The notes under the pieces: generated by a model
The model's database searches: none
Told to the model about the DNA's origin: nothing
What the model saw: the letters and a program-made list of their open reading frames with translations, nothing else
Shown: one piece after another, positions 53,524-62,281 of the stretch
How the letters are laid out: each line of letters opens with the position of its first letter
Numbering within the stretch: the stretch's first letter is position 1
Translations under genes and position numbers: made by a program
Origin: a virus
IMG/VR virus record: IMGVR_UViG_3300036846_000555
Coordinates: 58,350 to 122,349 of that record
Length of the DNA stretch: 64,000 nt
Strand: one strand, 5' to 3'

Positions 53524-53771
53524 GCGGCGCTCCCTACGACATGCTCGCCTACTTCGGCGTTGACGACGACTCCCTGAACATCGTCGAGGTGGCAGGCGAC
53601 GACCGCGAGTGGATCGCGGTCACGCCGTTCGCGCCCGACGCGACGCTGCTCGTCGTGCTCTACCAGCGCGGAGTCCGTCGCGTCGCTGTCCGTTCCGCTG
53701 ACCGGGTGGCCGAGTTCGACCTGAAGGCGGTCATCCTCCGCGACGGCAGCCCGATCGGTGTTGACCGATGA
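53520..53771 (+). CDS. Hypothetical protein
   Basis: ATGA coupling. Confidence 0.55.
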   Translation: MSGAPYDMLAYFGVDDDSLNIVEVAGDDREWIAVTPFAPDATLLVVLYQRGVRRVAVRSADRVAEFDLKAVILRDGSPIGVDR

Positions 53772-53953
53772 CCGTCGAGGCCTACTCAGAGGAGCGCTAC
53801 GAGCATCATCACGCCGAGTGGATCGAAGCGCGCAGCCGCCGTGACCACAGGCAGGCGGCGCGGCATCTGTACGCGCTCCGCGCTCACCTGCACCAACTGG
53901 GGTGGCTGGACCCGAGGTACGACGTGCCCGGCTACGGCGTGCGCCCGCGATGA
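53768..53953 (+). CDS. Hypothetical protein
   Basis: ATGA coupling. Confidence 0.5.
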   Translation: MTVEAYSEERYEHHHAEWIEARSRRDHRQAARHLYALRAHLHQLGWLDPRYDVPGYGVRPR

Positions 53954-54237
53954 CCCTCGATGACATGACGTTCACCGCGTGGGAGCTGATCGGCTTTGAC
54001 GGCACCACCGAGGTGATCGACCGGCTATGGCAGCGCAACCCGAGCTACGCCGAGCCCGACTACGAGGCCGAGGCCGCGACCGTCCGGATCCGCGGCGGCC
54101 GCGCGCTGTACGAGGCGGTCGGCAACGACGGCGGCGATCTCGTCCGGCTGTCGCGGCTGGCCATCGACGCTGACGGCCTGCGCCCGGTCGTCCGCTACGT
54201 CGACCCGGACACCGAGCTGGAAGTGATCGTTGACTAG
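53950..54237 (+). CDS. Hypothetical protein
   Basis: ATGA coupling. Confidence 0.6.
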   Translation: MTLDDMTFTAWELIGFDGTTEVIDRLWQRNPSYAEPDYEAEAATVRIRGGRALYEAVGNDGGDLVRLSRLAIDADGLRPVVRYVDPDTELEVIVD

Positions 54238-54424
54238 GCGGCAGCTAGAGGCGATTGAGTGGCTGGAGCGTGTTGGGAAGGCGACACCGAAGGTGGTGCG
54301 CGCCAGCGGCTTCGCTCAGCGCACGTTTGACTCGCTGGCCGACGATGGCTTCATCCGGCGCGAGTACATGCCGCGCACGGTCGGCGGCCCGTTCCCCGTC
54401 TATCGCCCGCTTGTGAACCGCTGA
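54230..54424 (+). CDS. Small winged-helix-like protein
   Basis: LTRRQLEAIEWL...TFDSLADDGFI. Confidence 0.5.
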   Translation: MTRRQLEAIEWLERVGKATPKVVRASGFAQRTFDSLADDGFIRREYMPRTVGGPFPVYRPLVNR

Positions 54425-54555
54425 GAAGAGTCACAGGATCGCCTCTGATTTGTGACCGGCGCTTGTCAATGGGGTATGTGTGTGCTGTTAGGAATTGACG
54501 AGTAGGGCGCGTCGGGGATCGCCTCAGCACATATCCTGTTCTAAGTGAGGCCCTG

Positions 54556-54762
54556 ATGAGTTGGACTGAGATCGCTATCGAAGCGGCGGAGATGATCGCT
54601 AGGCAGCGCGGCTGCGACCTGGCGTCCTTCAGCGTCGACGACGTCGACTGCTACGAGGCCGAGGACGGCACCGAGGTCGTGATGGTCAAGGCGTCCTGCC
54701 AGGTCACCCGCGCGGACGACGACGACGAGATCCCCGGGTTCCGACTAGCCGCCGCCGAGTAG
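54556..54762 (+). CDS. Hypothetical acidic protein
   Basis: SD GTGAGG; follows AT-richer gap. Confidence 0.6.
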   Translation: MSWTEIAIEAAEMIARQRGCDLASFSVDDVDCYEAEDGTEVVMVKASCQVTRADDDDEIPGFRLAAAE

Positions 54763-54771
54763 CCTGTCGGC

Positions 54772-54957
54772 ATGCCGCCGGGCGTGTCGCTGTCGAAGCT
54801 GGGCCTGGTCGCGCCCGATGGCCTAGAGTGCCCCGCGGGCGGTCAGCATCATGTGCTGGAGCCCGAACTCTTGATTGCGGCCGCGTCGGGTGGTGGCAGC
54901 CCCCTCTGCCAGAAGTGTGGGCAGCCGGTCGCGTTGGCGTCGGCGCGCGAGCTTTGA
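54772..54957 (+). CDS. Small Zn-ribbon protein
   Basis: ECP...H...CQKCG. Confidence 0.5.
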   Translation: MPPGVSLSKLGLVAPDGLECPAGGQHHVLEPELLIAAASGGGSPLCQKCGQPVALASAREL

Positions 54958-55150
54958 GACGGGCTCGCGCGCCGACAATGTCGTACCTGCGCTGCTAGCT
55001 CACGACGTATTCCTCGCAAAGAGCACGAAGCTAGTCACACGCGCGCCGGGTGACGGGGTATCGTGGCTGCGTGATCGTTCACGCTGGCCAGCAGAAGCGC
55101 GGTAACGCCCGGGAAGCCGAGGAGCGCGACGTGGTGAACCGGGGTCCAGC

Positions 55151-55471
55151 GTGACGATCCGGACCGGGACGGACGCGGTCGGGCATCACAGCCACACGAT
55201 GAGACGCGCGCGCCTGCCGTCGGCGCCGGTCCGTCCGACGGTCACGCAGCAGGGCATCAAGCGCCTGCCGCGTGAGCGCCAGGCAGCCGATCTCCCGCTC
55301 ACCGAACGCCAGCAGGCGGTGTACGACGCGATGGGCGACGGACTGGTCTCAGCGACCGCGCTGGCGCGCGAGATGAGCCAGCCGATCGGTGGCGTCCAGT
55401 CGATGATGTACCGCTTGGCGGACCGCGGCCTGGTCGAGCGGATCCCGCGCAAGGGCTGGCGCCGGACGTGA
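55151..55471 (+). CDS. Winged-helix (MarR/IclR-like) DNA-binding protein; start uncertain
   Basis: LTERQQAVYDAM...SATALAREM...VQSMMYRLADRGLVER. Confidence 0.7.
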   Translation: MTIRTGTDAVGHHSHTMRRARLPSAPVRPTVTQQGIKRLPRERQAADLPLTERQQAVYDAMGDGLVSATALAREMSQPIGGVQSMMYRLADRGLVERIPRKGWRRT

Positions 55472-56121
55472 TCGTCCCGGCGTTCATCTTCGACTCCGCG
55501 GAGAAGTGGCTGCCGTCGCCGGTTGAGACGATCATCCTCCGCGGCGCGAAGATCGGCGGCGAGCAGATCACCGACCTGGATGAGCTGACCGCTGACGTGT
55601 CCCCGCGCGCGCAGATCGACTTCCCGGCCGACATGCGGCCCGTCAACGATCAGCCGACCGGCTACCACCGCGTCGTGACCGGCGGCTCGCTGTGGTGGTT
55701 CCAATACTGGCTGTTCTTCCTCTACAACCCGAAGGTGTACGCCGGGTTCGGCGCGCATGAGGGCGACTGGGAGATGGTGCAGCTCGGCTGCCGCGACCCG
55801 GAGGGCAACGTGCCGATCCTGATGACGTTCAGCCAGCACGGGTCCGGCGAGAAGAAGGAGTTCTGGAGCACCGAGCTGGTCGGCGGGCGTCCCGCCGTCT
55901 ACGTCGCAAGAGACTCGCACGCGAACTACCCGAGCCCGCACCGCGACGTGACGGACGTCGCGGACGGCAAGATGGGCGCCGTCTCGATCCGCTGGCAGGA
56001 GTTCGGGGACTGGGCGGCCTGGCCGGGCAAGTGGGGCAACAGCACCAACAGCCCGGGCCCGCTGACAACCCGGCGCGCATGGCAGGCGCCGCACGCGTAC
56101 CACAGCCAGGCGCGAGGATGA
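55468..56121 (+). CDS. Vps62/NPP1-like domain protein
   Basis: EKWLPSPVE...QYWLFFLYN...HEGDWE...SQHGSG...PAVYVARDSHANY. Confidence 0.65.
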   Translation: MIVPAFIFDSAEKWLPSPVETIILRGAKIGGEQITDLDELTADVSPRAQIDFPADMRPVNDQPTGYHRVVTGGSLWWFQYWLFFLYNPKVYAGFGAHEGDWEMVQLGCRDPEGNVPILMTFSQHGSGEKKEFWSTELVGGRPAVYVARDSHANYPSPHRDVTDVADGKMGAVSIRWQEFGDWAAWPGKWGNSTNSPGPLTTRRAWQAPHAYHSQARG

Positions 56122-56306
56122 AGCGCCCGCGTGGCATCTGCCCGGTCTGCGGACGCAGCGTGACGGTCCGCAGCGACGGCGAGCTGCGCGACCATCAGGG
56201 ACGCAGCGTGCTGGTCGAGACGGCTTCCGGGCGCAGAGCCTACGCGTGGTGTCCCGGGTCCGGGACCAACGTGATTGACGCCGACATCCATCCGCGAGCA
56301 GGATGA
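56118..56306 (+). CDS. Small Zn-ribbon protein
   Basis: CPVCGR...H...CPGSG. Confidence 0.6.
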   Translation: MKRPRGICPVCGRSVTVRSDGELRDHQGRSVLVETASGRRAYAWCPGSGTNVIDADIHPRAG

Positions 56307-56319
56307 CCGAGGAGGACTG

Positions 56320-56952
56320 ATGGAACTGAACATGATCGAGATCCCCGAGGAGCAGGCCCGCAGCGCGTACGAGGAGTACGCGGCCGCGGTCAAGGTCAAC
56401 CGAGACGAGGAGGACCGCGCGATCGCTGAGGGCTACAAGGCGCTGGCGGAGGGCAAGCGGCTGATTCATCTCGGGCAGACGCTGCAGATCGGCGGCACCA
56501 GCATCGTCGAGGTCCGCTCGCGCTGGGACGGCCGCGACGTCCAGGTGGCCGTCCCGAACCTGGCGTGCTGCCGCGCGGACGCGAAGATCGCGTGGACGTC
56601 AGGCGTGGACAGCGATGGCGGCTGCGTGATCACCGCCGACCGGCAGGCCAACCAACTGCACGCCGCCAACCGCAAGGACCGGTTCGTGATCGCCGACGGT
56701 ACGTTCGAACGCCCGGAGAGGACGCTGCTGCGGCCGCTGCGCGCCATCGTCCCGAACGTCCCGCCCAGATTGCGGCCCAAGCGTGGCCTGCAGCTCTACA
56801 CGCTGCTGTGGGAGGCGGAGTGGGCGCCCGATCCGAGCGCGCCCGAGGATCCGGCGCTGCTGCGGCGGCTCGGCGGGGAGCTGTACATCGTGCTCGGCAC
56901 CTGGGATCTGACCGAGCTGGAGCGCACGGTCCTGTCGGGCCGGGCGAACTGA
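56320..56952 (+). CDS. Hypothetical protein
   Basis: GACCGAGGAGG SD; P.VPP.LRP...LWE...DPALL...WDLT. Confidence 0.7.
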   Translation: MELNMIEIPEEQARSAYEEYAAAVKVNRDEEDRAIAEGYKALAEGKRLIHLGQTLQIGGTSIVEVRSRWDGRDVQVAVPNLACCRADAKIAWTSGVDSDGGCVITADRQANQLHAANRKDRFVIADGTFERPERTLLRPLRAIVPNVPPRLRPKRGLQLYTLLWEAEWAPDPSAPEDPALLRRLGGELYIVLGTWDLTELERTVLSGRAN

Positions 56953-56979
56953 AGTCAAACCCACCAACGAGGAGGACGC

Positions 56980-57183
56980 ATGTCGACCGAGACACCACCC
57001 GCACCGCCGCCTGAGCCTGGGCCGGGGGAGACTCCGGCACCGCCGCCCGAGCCCGCGCCGGGCACGACGCCACCGCCGCCACCCGAGCCAGGCGTGACGC
57101 CGGAGTCAGACCCGAACGTCGACACGCCGACGCCGGAGACCGACCCGAACGTCGACGCCGAGACCGGCGGCGAGGTCGAGTAG
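56980..57183 (+). CDS. Pro/Glu/Thr-rich repeat peptide
   Basis: SD GAGGAGG; 3x PPPPEP-like and 2x DPNVD repeats. Confidence 0.55.
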   Translation: MSTETPPAPPPEPGPGETPAPPPEPAPGTTPPPPPEPGVTPESDPNVDTPTPETDPNVDAETGGEVE

Positions 57184-57195
57184 CAGGGCCGCAGC

Positions 57196-57840
57196 ATGAA
57201 CCTGAGTCCACGGGGGGCTGAGCTGATCGCGGAGTTCGAAGGTTTCAGCTCGGCCCCGTATCGAGACCCGGTCGGCGTCTGGACCCAAGGGTTTGGCAGC
57301 ACGAAGGGCGTCGGGCCGAACTCGCCGCCCGTGACTCGCCAGCAGGCGCTTGACCGGATGATGCGCGAGGTCGACCAGACCTACGGCGCGGCTGTGAACG
57401 CGCTGAACCTGCCGCTGAACCAGAACCAGTTCGACGCGTTGACGAGCTTCGTCTACAACGTCGGGCCGGGCGGCATCGCGCCGAGCACCAATGTCGGACG
57501 CGCACTGCGAGCGGGCAACTATCAGGCGGCCGCGGACGGTCTGCTGGCGTGGGATCACGCGGGCAGTCAGCGTCTGCCGGGACTGACGCGCCGCCGCCAG
57601 GCGGAGCGCGCGCTGTTCATGAGCAAGGCGCCGCCGCCGCCGACACCTCTACCGAAGGAAACGACGATGGCTGATCTGGTGGCTGTGCTGAAGGCGAACA
57701 AGGCGATCGAGCTGTTCGTCATGGACAAGAACGGGACGGTCTGGCACACGTGGCAGACCGGGGAGGGCGGAGGCTGGGCGGGCGCGCAGGCAGGCAAGCG
57801 CAACGCGGCGTGGTACAGCCTGGGCGCGCCCGGGAAGTGA
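57196..57840 (+). CDS. Endolysin 2: GH24 lysozyme + C-terminal lectin-blade module
   Basis: LIAEFEG...YRDPVGVWTQGFGST...LNQNQFDALTSFVYNVG...GLTRRRQAERALF; 57-aa module shared with endolysin 1. Confidence 0.92.
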   Translation: MNLSPRGAELIAEFEGFSSAPYRDPVGVWTQGFGSTKGVGPNSPPVTRQQALDRMMREVDQTYGAAVNALNLPLNQNQFDALTSFVYNVGPGGIAPSTNVGRALRAGNYQAAADGLLAWDHAGSQRLPGLTRRRQAERALFMSKAPPPPTPLPKETTMADLVAVLKANKAIELFVMDKNGTVWHTWQTGEGGGWAGAQAGKRNAAWYSLGAPGK

Positions 57841-58181
57841 CGCACGCGATCATCCGGTTCGCGACGCCGCCGCTGACGCTGAAGGACTGGGAGGCGTTCT
57901 GTGCCGAGCATAAGCTCAAGCACTCCAGCGCGCTGGCGGGCGGGAACGTGTGGACGCGCGGCGGCCGGACGGGGATCGAGGCGGCGTTCGGGCAGCCGAC
58001 CCGCGGGGTGCGTGACCCGCCGCCGCCGGATGAGGCGACCGACGTCGTGTTCATGACGCCGTTCGGCGGGGAGAAGGCCCGGGAGCTGGCGCGGCTCGCG
58101 GCGGAGTTCTGGACGCGGTATGGCGGCGCGATGCAGGCGGAGGAGAGCATCCGGCTGATGGTGGTGGGGCGGGAGCCGTGA
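57837..58181 (+). CDS. Hypothetical protein
   Basis: GTGA coupling. Confidence 0.55.
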   Translation: MTHAIIRFATPPLTLKDWEAFCAEHKLKHSSALAGGNVWTRGGRTGIEAAFGQPTRGVRDPPPPDEATDVVFMTPFGGEKARELARLAAEFWTRYGGAMQAEESIRLMVVGREP

Positions 58182-58378
58182 CCGGCTCGGAGATCACGCA
58201 GGAGAACGTCGACAATCTCCGCGACTGGCTGAAGCGTCAGCACGCGCCGGGCGCGGACGCGTCTGACGAGGTGCTGCGCGAGGCGTTGGAGGGCGCCGTG
58301 AAGTGGATCGGCGGCACCCGCCGGTCGTTCACGATCGTCGCGGCGAACTATCTGCGGGACGGCACCTTTCACGGGTAG
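58178..58378 (+). CDS. Hypothetical protein
   Basis: GTGA coupling. Confidence 0.5.
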   Translation: MTGSEITQENVDNLRDWLKRQHAPGADASDEVLREALEGAVKWIGGTRRSFTIVAANYLRDGTFHG

Positions 58379-58399
58379 CGCGTACGCTGTCCCCCGGCG

Positions 58400-58720
58400 A
58401 TGAGCGACGAGATGCTCGACTACCTCCGGACGCTCCGCACCAAGTACCTCAAGTTCTGGCCCCTCACCAACCTGTTGGAGGCAATGATGGCGGACATCGA
58501 GCAGATCAAGGCTGACGTGAAGGCGCTGCAGGACGCGCAGGCTGCCGCGGCGGACGAGCTGGAGGACTTGACGAACATCGTCGCGGAGCTGCAAGCCGGG
58601 ACGGTCACGCAGGCGCAGCTCGACAACCTGCACGAGAGCCTGCAGTCGGTGACGTCGCAGCTCACCGCGGCGACGCAGGCCGCGGATCAGGCCGAGCCGC
58701 CGCACGCGACGACGGAGTAG
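58400..58720 (+). CDS. Coiled-coil protein (alternative start 58484 with SD GGAGG)
   Basis: Heptad Ala/Gln/Leu pattern. Confidence 0.6.
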   Translation: MSDEMLDYLRTLRTKYLKFWPLTNLLEAMMADIEQIKADVKALQDAQAAAADELEDLTNIVAELQAGTVTQAQLDNLHESLQSVTSQLTAATQAADQAEPPHATTE

Positions 58721-58808
58721 CGCGCGCATCGTGCGTTAGCCGAGTTATCGGCCCCGAGATTCGGGTAGGCACAAGCTACGTGCTAACAACCCGGAATCCG
58801 GAGGTCGT

Positions 58809-60278
58809 ATGAGTGCTGTGAAGGATGCTGCAGGCAAAGCGAAGGACACGGCGGGTGATGCCGCTGACGGGGCGAAGGGCGCGACCGATGGCGTGACCGG
58901 CGGGCTGCGCAAAGAGATCCTGTCGAGCTTCGGCGACGTGCTCGGCCCGGCGATCAAGGAGATGTCCTCGCAATCGGCCGAGAAGATCCTGGCCTACGCC
59001 AAGGAGCAAGGTCCGACGATCTTCAAGGACCAGGCGCTCCCGAAGATCATGAAGTCGGCCGGGGTCGATAACCCCGAAGATCTCGCCAAGGCCGGGGTCG
59101 GCAAGGTGGGCCAGATGATGTCCGGCAGCGGCGGGATCACCGGCATCGCCGGGAAGATCATGGGCAAGATCGGCGGCAAGGGCGGCAAGAAGGCGGCCGC
59201 GACCGGCTACGGGCAGGGCCGCCGGATCATGATCCAGCAGCACCAGTTCATCCCGGTCGAGACCGAGGCGGTCTACCGCGCGTGGACGACGAGCGAGTGG
59301 CCGGAGTACATGCACCGCGTCAACACGCTGGACCGCCAGGTCGAGGACGACGCGGTCCGCTACGCGATCGGCGTGAAGGGCTTCTGGTTCAAGAAGAACT
59401 TCACCGCGCAGATCCAGGAGGCGGTGCCGTTCCGGTTCATCGTGTGGTCGACGACGCAGGGGAACATCAAGAACACCGGCCGGGTCAGCTTCCACGCCGC
59501 GGGCGACGACATGACGCTGATGGTCCTGAACCTGGACATGGCGCCGTCGGGGCTGCGCGAGAAGTGGGTGCGCGGCTTCCGCTACCACAAGCGCGGCGTC
59601 CGCTCTGACTTCCACCGCTTCTCGGCGTGGGTGCAGATGCGCACGCAGGAGCAGCTCGATGACATGGAGGGCTGGCTCGGGACCATCGAGGGCGGCAAGG
59701 TCGTCAAGAGCCACGAGGACGAGCAGCAGGAGATCGAGGAGCGCGATCAGCGCGAGGAGGACGGCCCGCCGTCACTGGAGGACGACGAGCGCGACGGTGA
59801 GCCCGAGCAGGACGAGGGCGAGGAGGACGCCGACGACAGCGACGAGCCCGCCGAGGAGGATGAGGACGACGACGCTGACGCCGACGAGGACACCGGCGAG
59901 GACGAGGATCAGCCCGAGGTCGCGGCCGAAGCCGAGTCGGATGACGAGGAGCCGGACGAGGAGCCCGACGCCGAAGAAGCCGACGACGACGAGGACGAGG
60001 AGGAGGTAGACGACGACGAGCCGGACGATGAAGACGAGGATGAAGAAGAGGACGACGACGAGCCCGAGGACGAGAGCGACGACTACGACGAGATGAGCGT
60101 CACGGAGCTGCGCAACGAGCTGCGCGACCGCGATCTACCGCACCGCGGGCGGCGCGCGGAGCTGGTCGACCGGCTGCGTGAGGCCGACGAGCAGGATGAG
60201 GGGGAGGACGACGAGGAGCCGGAGGAGGAGCCCGAGCCGCCGCGCCGTCGTCGCCGCGCGAAGGCTGGGAGCCGCTAG
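58809..60278 (+). CDS. SRPBCC-domain protein with long Asp/Glu tail and Rho_N/HeH-like C-terminal motif
   Basis: IPVETEAVYRAWT..EWPEYMHRV...IQEAVPFRFIVWS...GRVSF...EGWLGTIEGGKVV; YDEMSVTELRNELRDRDL.HRGRRAELVDRL. Confidence 0.75.
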   Translation: MSAVKDAAGKAKDTAGDAADGAKGATDGVTGGLRKEILSSFGDVLGPAIKEMSSQSAEKILAYAKEQGPTIFKDQALPKIMKSAGVDNPEDLAKAGVGKVGQMMSGSGGITGIAGKIMGKIGGKGGKKAAATGYGQGRRIMIQQHQFIPVETEAVYRAWTTSEWPEYMHRVNTLDRQVEDDAVRYAIGVKGFWFKKNFTAQIQEAVPFRFIVWSTTQGNIKNTGRVSFHAAGDDMTLMVLNLDMAPSGLREKWVRGFRYHKRGVRSDFHRFSAWVQMRTQEQLDDMEGWLGTIEGGKVVKSHEDEQQEIEERDQREEDGPPSLEDDERDGEPEQDEGEEDADDSDEPAEEDEDDDADADEDTGEDEDQPEVAAEAESDDEEPDEEPDAEEADDDEDEEEVDDDEPDDEDEDEEEDDDEPEDESDDYDEMSVTELRNELRDRDLPHRGRRAELVDRLREADEQDEGEDDEEPEEEPEPPRRRRRAKAGSR

Positions 60279-60301
60279 CCCGGTTACCCTGTCCAGGACG
60301 G

Positions 60302-60338
60302 GGGCGGGTCGGCTGCAGCGCCCCAAGCCGACCCGCCC
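60302..60338. terminator. Hairpin between convergent genes
   Basis: GGGCGGGTCGGCT-11nt-AGCCGACCCGCCC 13-bp stem. Confidence 0.6.
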
Positions 60339-60401
60339 TAGCCCTGTCGCACTCATTATCGGCACTTTGGGCGGGGACTTGAGCCCGGAGCGCCGTCTAG
60401 G

Positions 60402-60692
60402 TCAGTGATCTGACGCGAAGAACGGCATGCGCCCGTCGTCGTGCGCGGCGTTCATCCGCTGCCGGGGCGTGAACCGCCGGTCGATGAGCGTCGCGAACCC
60501 CATGCCCTTGTCGTGCGTGACGGCGGCGTGCGCCGCCTGGATCTGAAACGGCCACGTGCGGATCGGCCGGAACCGCTGCGGCGCGAAGCGCACGGGCTGG
60601 AGCGCGGGCGCTGGCTTGCGCCGGATGACGGTCAGCGTGAGATGGTTGACCCGGACGCGCCCGTCCTTGATGGTGATGCTTGAGATGTCCAT
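60402..60692 (-). CDS. Hypothetical basic protein
   Basis: SD AGAGAGG before ATG; fills gap between plus-strand genes. Confidence 0.5.
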   Translation of the reverse strand: MDISSITIKDGRVRVNHLTLTVIRRKPAPALQPVRFAPQRFRPIRTWPFQIQAAHAAVTHDKGMGFATLIDRRFTPRQRMNAAHDDGRMPFFASDH

Positions 60693-60726
60693 ACCTCTCT
60701 AGAAGGTGGCGTCGGGCCGAATGTGT

Positions 60727-60748
60727 AAAACAAGACGTGCGTTAGACT
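60727..60748 (+). promoter_or_regulatory. Degenerate dyad-family promoter
   Basis: AAAACAAGACGTGCGT-TAGACT, resembles 30873 copy. Confidence 0.4.
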
Positions 60749-60913
60749 CGGCGGACCCCTCGCGTCCGGCACCGGTGCCGGGCTGCCTCATGAGCACCCC
60801 GGGGATCCCGCTGGCGGAGTTCGGGGCGCGAGGGACCAATTTCGCCCAAGATGTGTGCAAATAGCGAGGAAGCGACTAGCTCACGTCTGGAGCCGCCTGC
60901 TAGGGTCCGGCGC

Positions 60914-61234
60914 ATGAGCCGAATCATCCTGACCCGTTGGCCGTCCGGGCAAGAACGCTTCGTTGTCGGCTGGGATCATCCGCAGAAGGGGGCGTTCTGG
61001 CAGGAGTTCACCGAGGAGCCTGCCGACGGCGAGTACCCCGACGACTTCGAAGAGCTGATCCGCGAGGGCGGCTTCTTCGTCGGCATCCCGCTGGCGGAGT
61101 TCCGCGCGGACGTGCCCGAGGATCTGCGGCCGCTGATCACCGATGACGTGATGGGGCTGCTGGCCCGGCATGAGCGGGATCCCAGCTCGGGTTACGTCGG
61201 TCATGGCGCGCAGACGGTTGACTTGAGTGGATGA
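60914..61234 (+). CDS. Hypothetical protein
   Basis: VVGWDHP...FW pattern; codon bias. Confidence 0.65.
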   Translation: MSRIILTRWPSGQERFVVGWDHPQKGAFWQEFTEEPADGEYPDDFEELIREGGFFVGIPLAEFRADVPEDLRPLITDDVMGLLARHERDPSSGYVGHGAQTVDLSG

Positions 61235-61464
61235 GCGTCGAGCCTCAGGAGTGCGGCCACAAGCTGTGTCACGAGCCCGCGACCAAGGCGATCACCGTGT
61301 TCAACCCGTGGGTGAAGTGCGTGTTCACGCCTGACCGTGACGAGGACCGGCGCGAGTACGCGCTGTGCCCGGCTCACTTTGAGCGCTACTTCCCGCAGGG
61401 CGTCGGCTACATGCAGCGCGAGCATGCGGTTGCGCTGCGCATCCAGTGCCGGGTGGCGGCATGA
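61231..61464 (+). CDS. Small Zn-binding protein
   Basis: CGHKLC...CPAH. Confidence 0.55.
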   Translation: MSVEPQECGHKLCHEPATKAITVFNPWVKCVFTPDRDEDRREYALCPAHFERYFPQGVGYMQREHAVALRIQCRVAA

Positions 61465-61841
61465 CCGCGGCGGCGACCGAGGTGCGGCGCCGTCGCGTTG
61501 ACCTGACCGACGAGCAGATCAAGGCGCTCTGGGACCTGTACCCGCTCGATCCGGAGCTGATCGCGCTGCACTGCCGCGAAGCGCTGGCCCACCTGAGCAT
61601 CCCGCGCAAGACCGGCGTCTGGACGCGCTGGAACGTCCGCTGCTACTACGACGACGGGTTCATGGGCAGCGGATACCTGCTGGTCCACTGGGATGACGCG
61701 GAGCGGGCGCCGAACTGTCAGAGCAACGGCTACTGCACCGACCCGAACTTCCGCTCGGAGGAGATCGTCTGGGATGAGAACCCCGAGCGTGAGCGGCTGC
61801 TGAGCATCCAGCACACGCTGGCCCACTGGGCGTACCGATGA
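61461..61841 (+). CDS. Hypothetical protein
   Basis: ATGA coupling. Confidence 0.6.
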   Translation: MTAAATEVRRRRVDLTDEQIKALWDLYPLDPELIALHCREALAHLSIPRKTGVWTRWNVRCYYDDGFMGSGYLLVHWDDAERAPNCQSNGYCTDPNFRSEEIVWDENPERERLLSIQHTLAHWAYR

Positions 61842-62281
61842 GTAAGCCGCCGCCGGAGGATCTGATGGAGTGGCCGAAGGCCGAGCTGGCCAAGGAGGTC
61901 GCGCGGCTGCGCGCGATCAACCGCGAGTTCGCCGACCGGCCGCACGACGACGCGACGTCCGGCGGCGGGATCACCGACGTCGCCGGTGACCCGCACGCTC
62001 GCGGCGGCGTGATCCTCGACGCGCGCGGAGCGGTGCTGATGGACACGGTCGACGTGTCGCTGATCGACACCAAAAAGGAGGAGGAGCGCCCGGCGATGTT
62101 CCTGGTGATCGGCGGCCGCGTGAACTTTGAGACGCGCCGGACCAGTCAGGCGTTCATGTTCGGCGCGGACGGCGCCGCGGGGCTCGCGACAGAGCTGATC
62201 GCGCTGGCCGGGCGCGCGGGCGGCGACTTCTTTGACGAGTTCAGGGAGTCGTTCACGCAGCGGATGGGCGAGATGCCGTGA
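61838..62281 (+). CDS. Hypothetical protein
   Basis: ATGA coupling. Confidence 0.65.
   Translation: MSKPPPEDLMEWPKAELAKEVARLRAINREFADRPHDDATSGGGITDVAGDPHARGGVILDARGAVLMDTVDVSLIDTKKEEERPAMFLVIGGRVNFETRRTSQAFMFGADGAAGLATELIALAGRAGGDFFDEFRESFTQRMGEMP

Noticed and set aside
59720-60240. GAC/GAG-rich low-complexity DNA as a tandem repeat element
   Set aside because: Explained by the Asp/Glu tract of the SRPBCC protein.
60799-60873. 18-nt repeat ATCCCGCTGGCGGAGTTC shared with 61085 and a 24-codon mini-ORF
   Set aside because: Single short duplication, no SD, no further similarity; at most a small relic.
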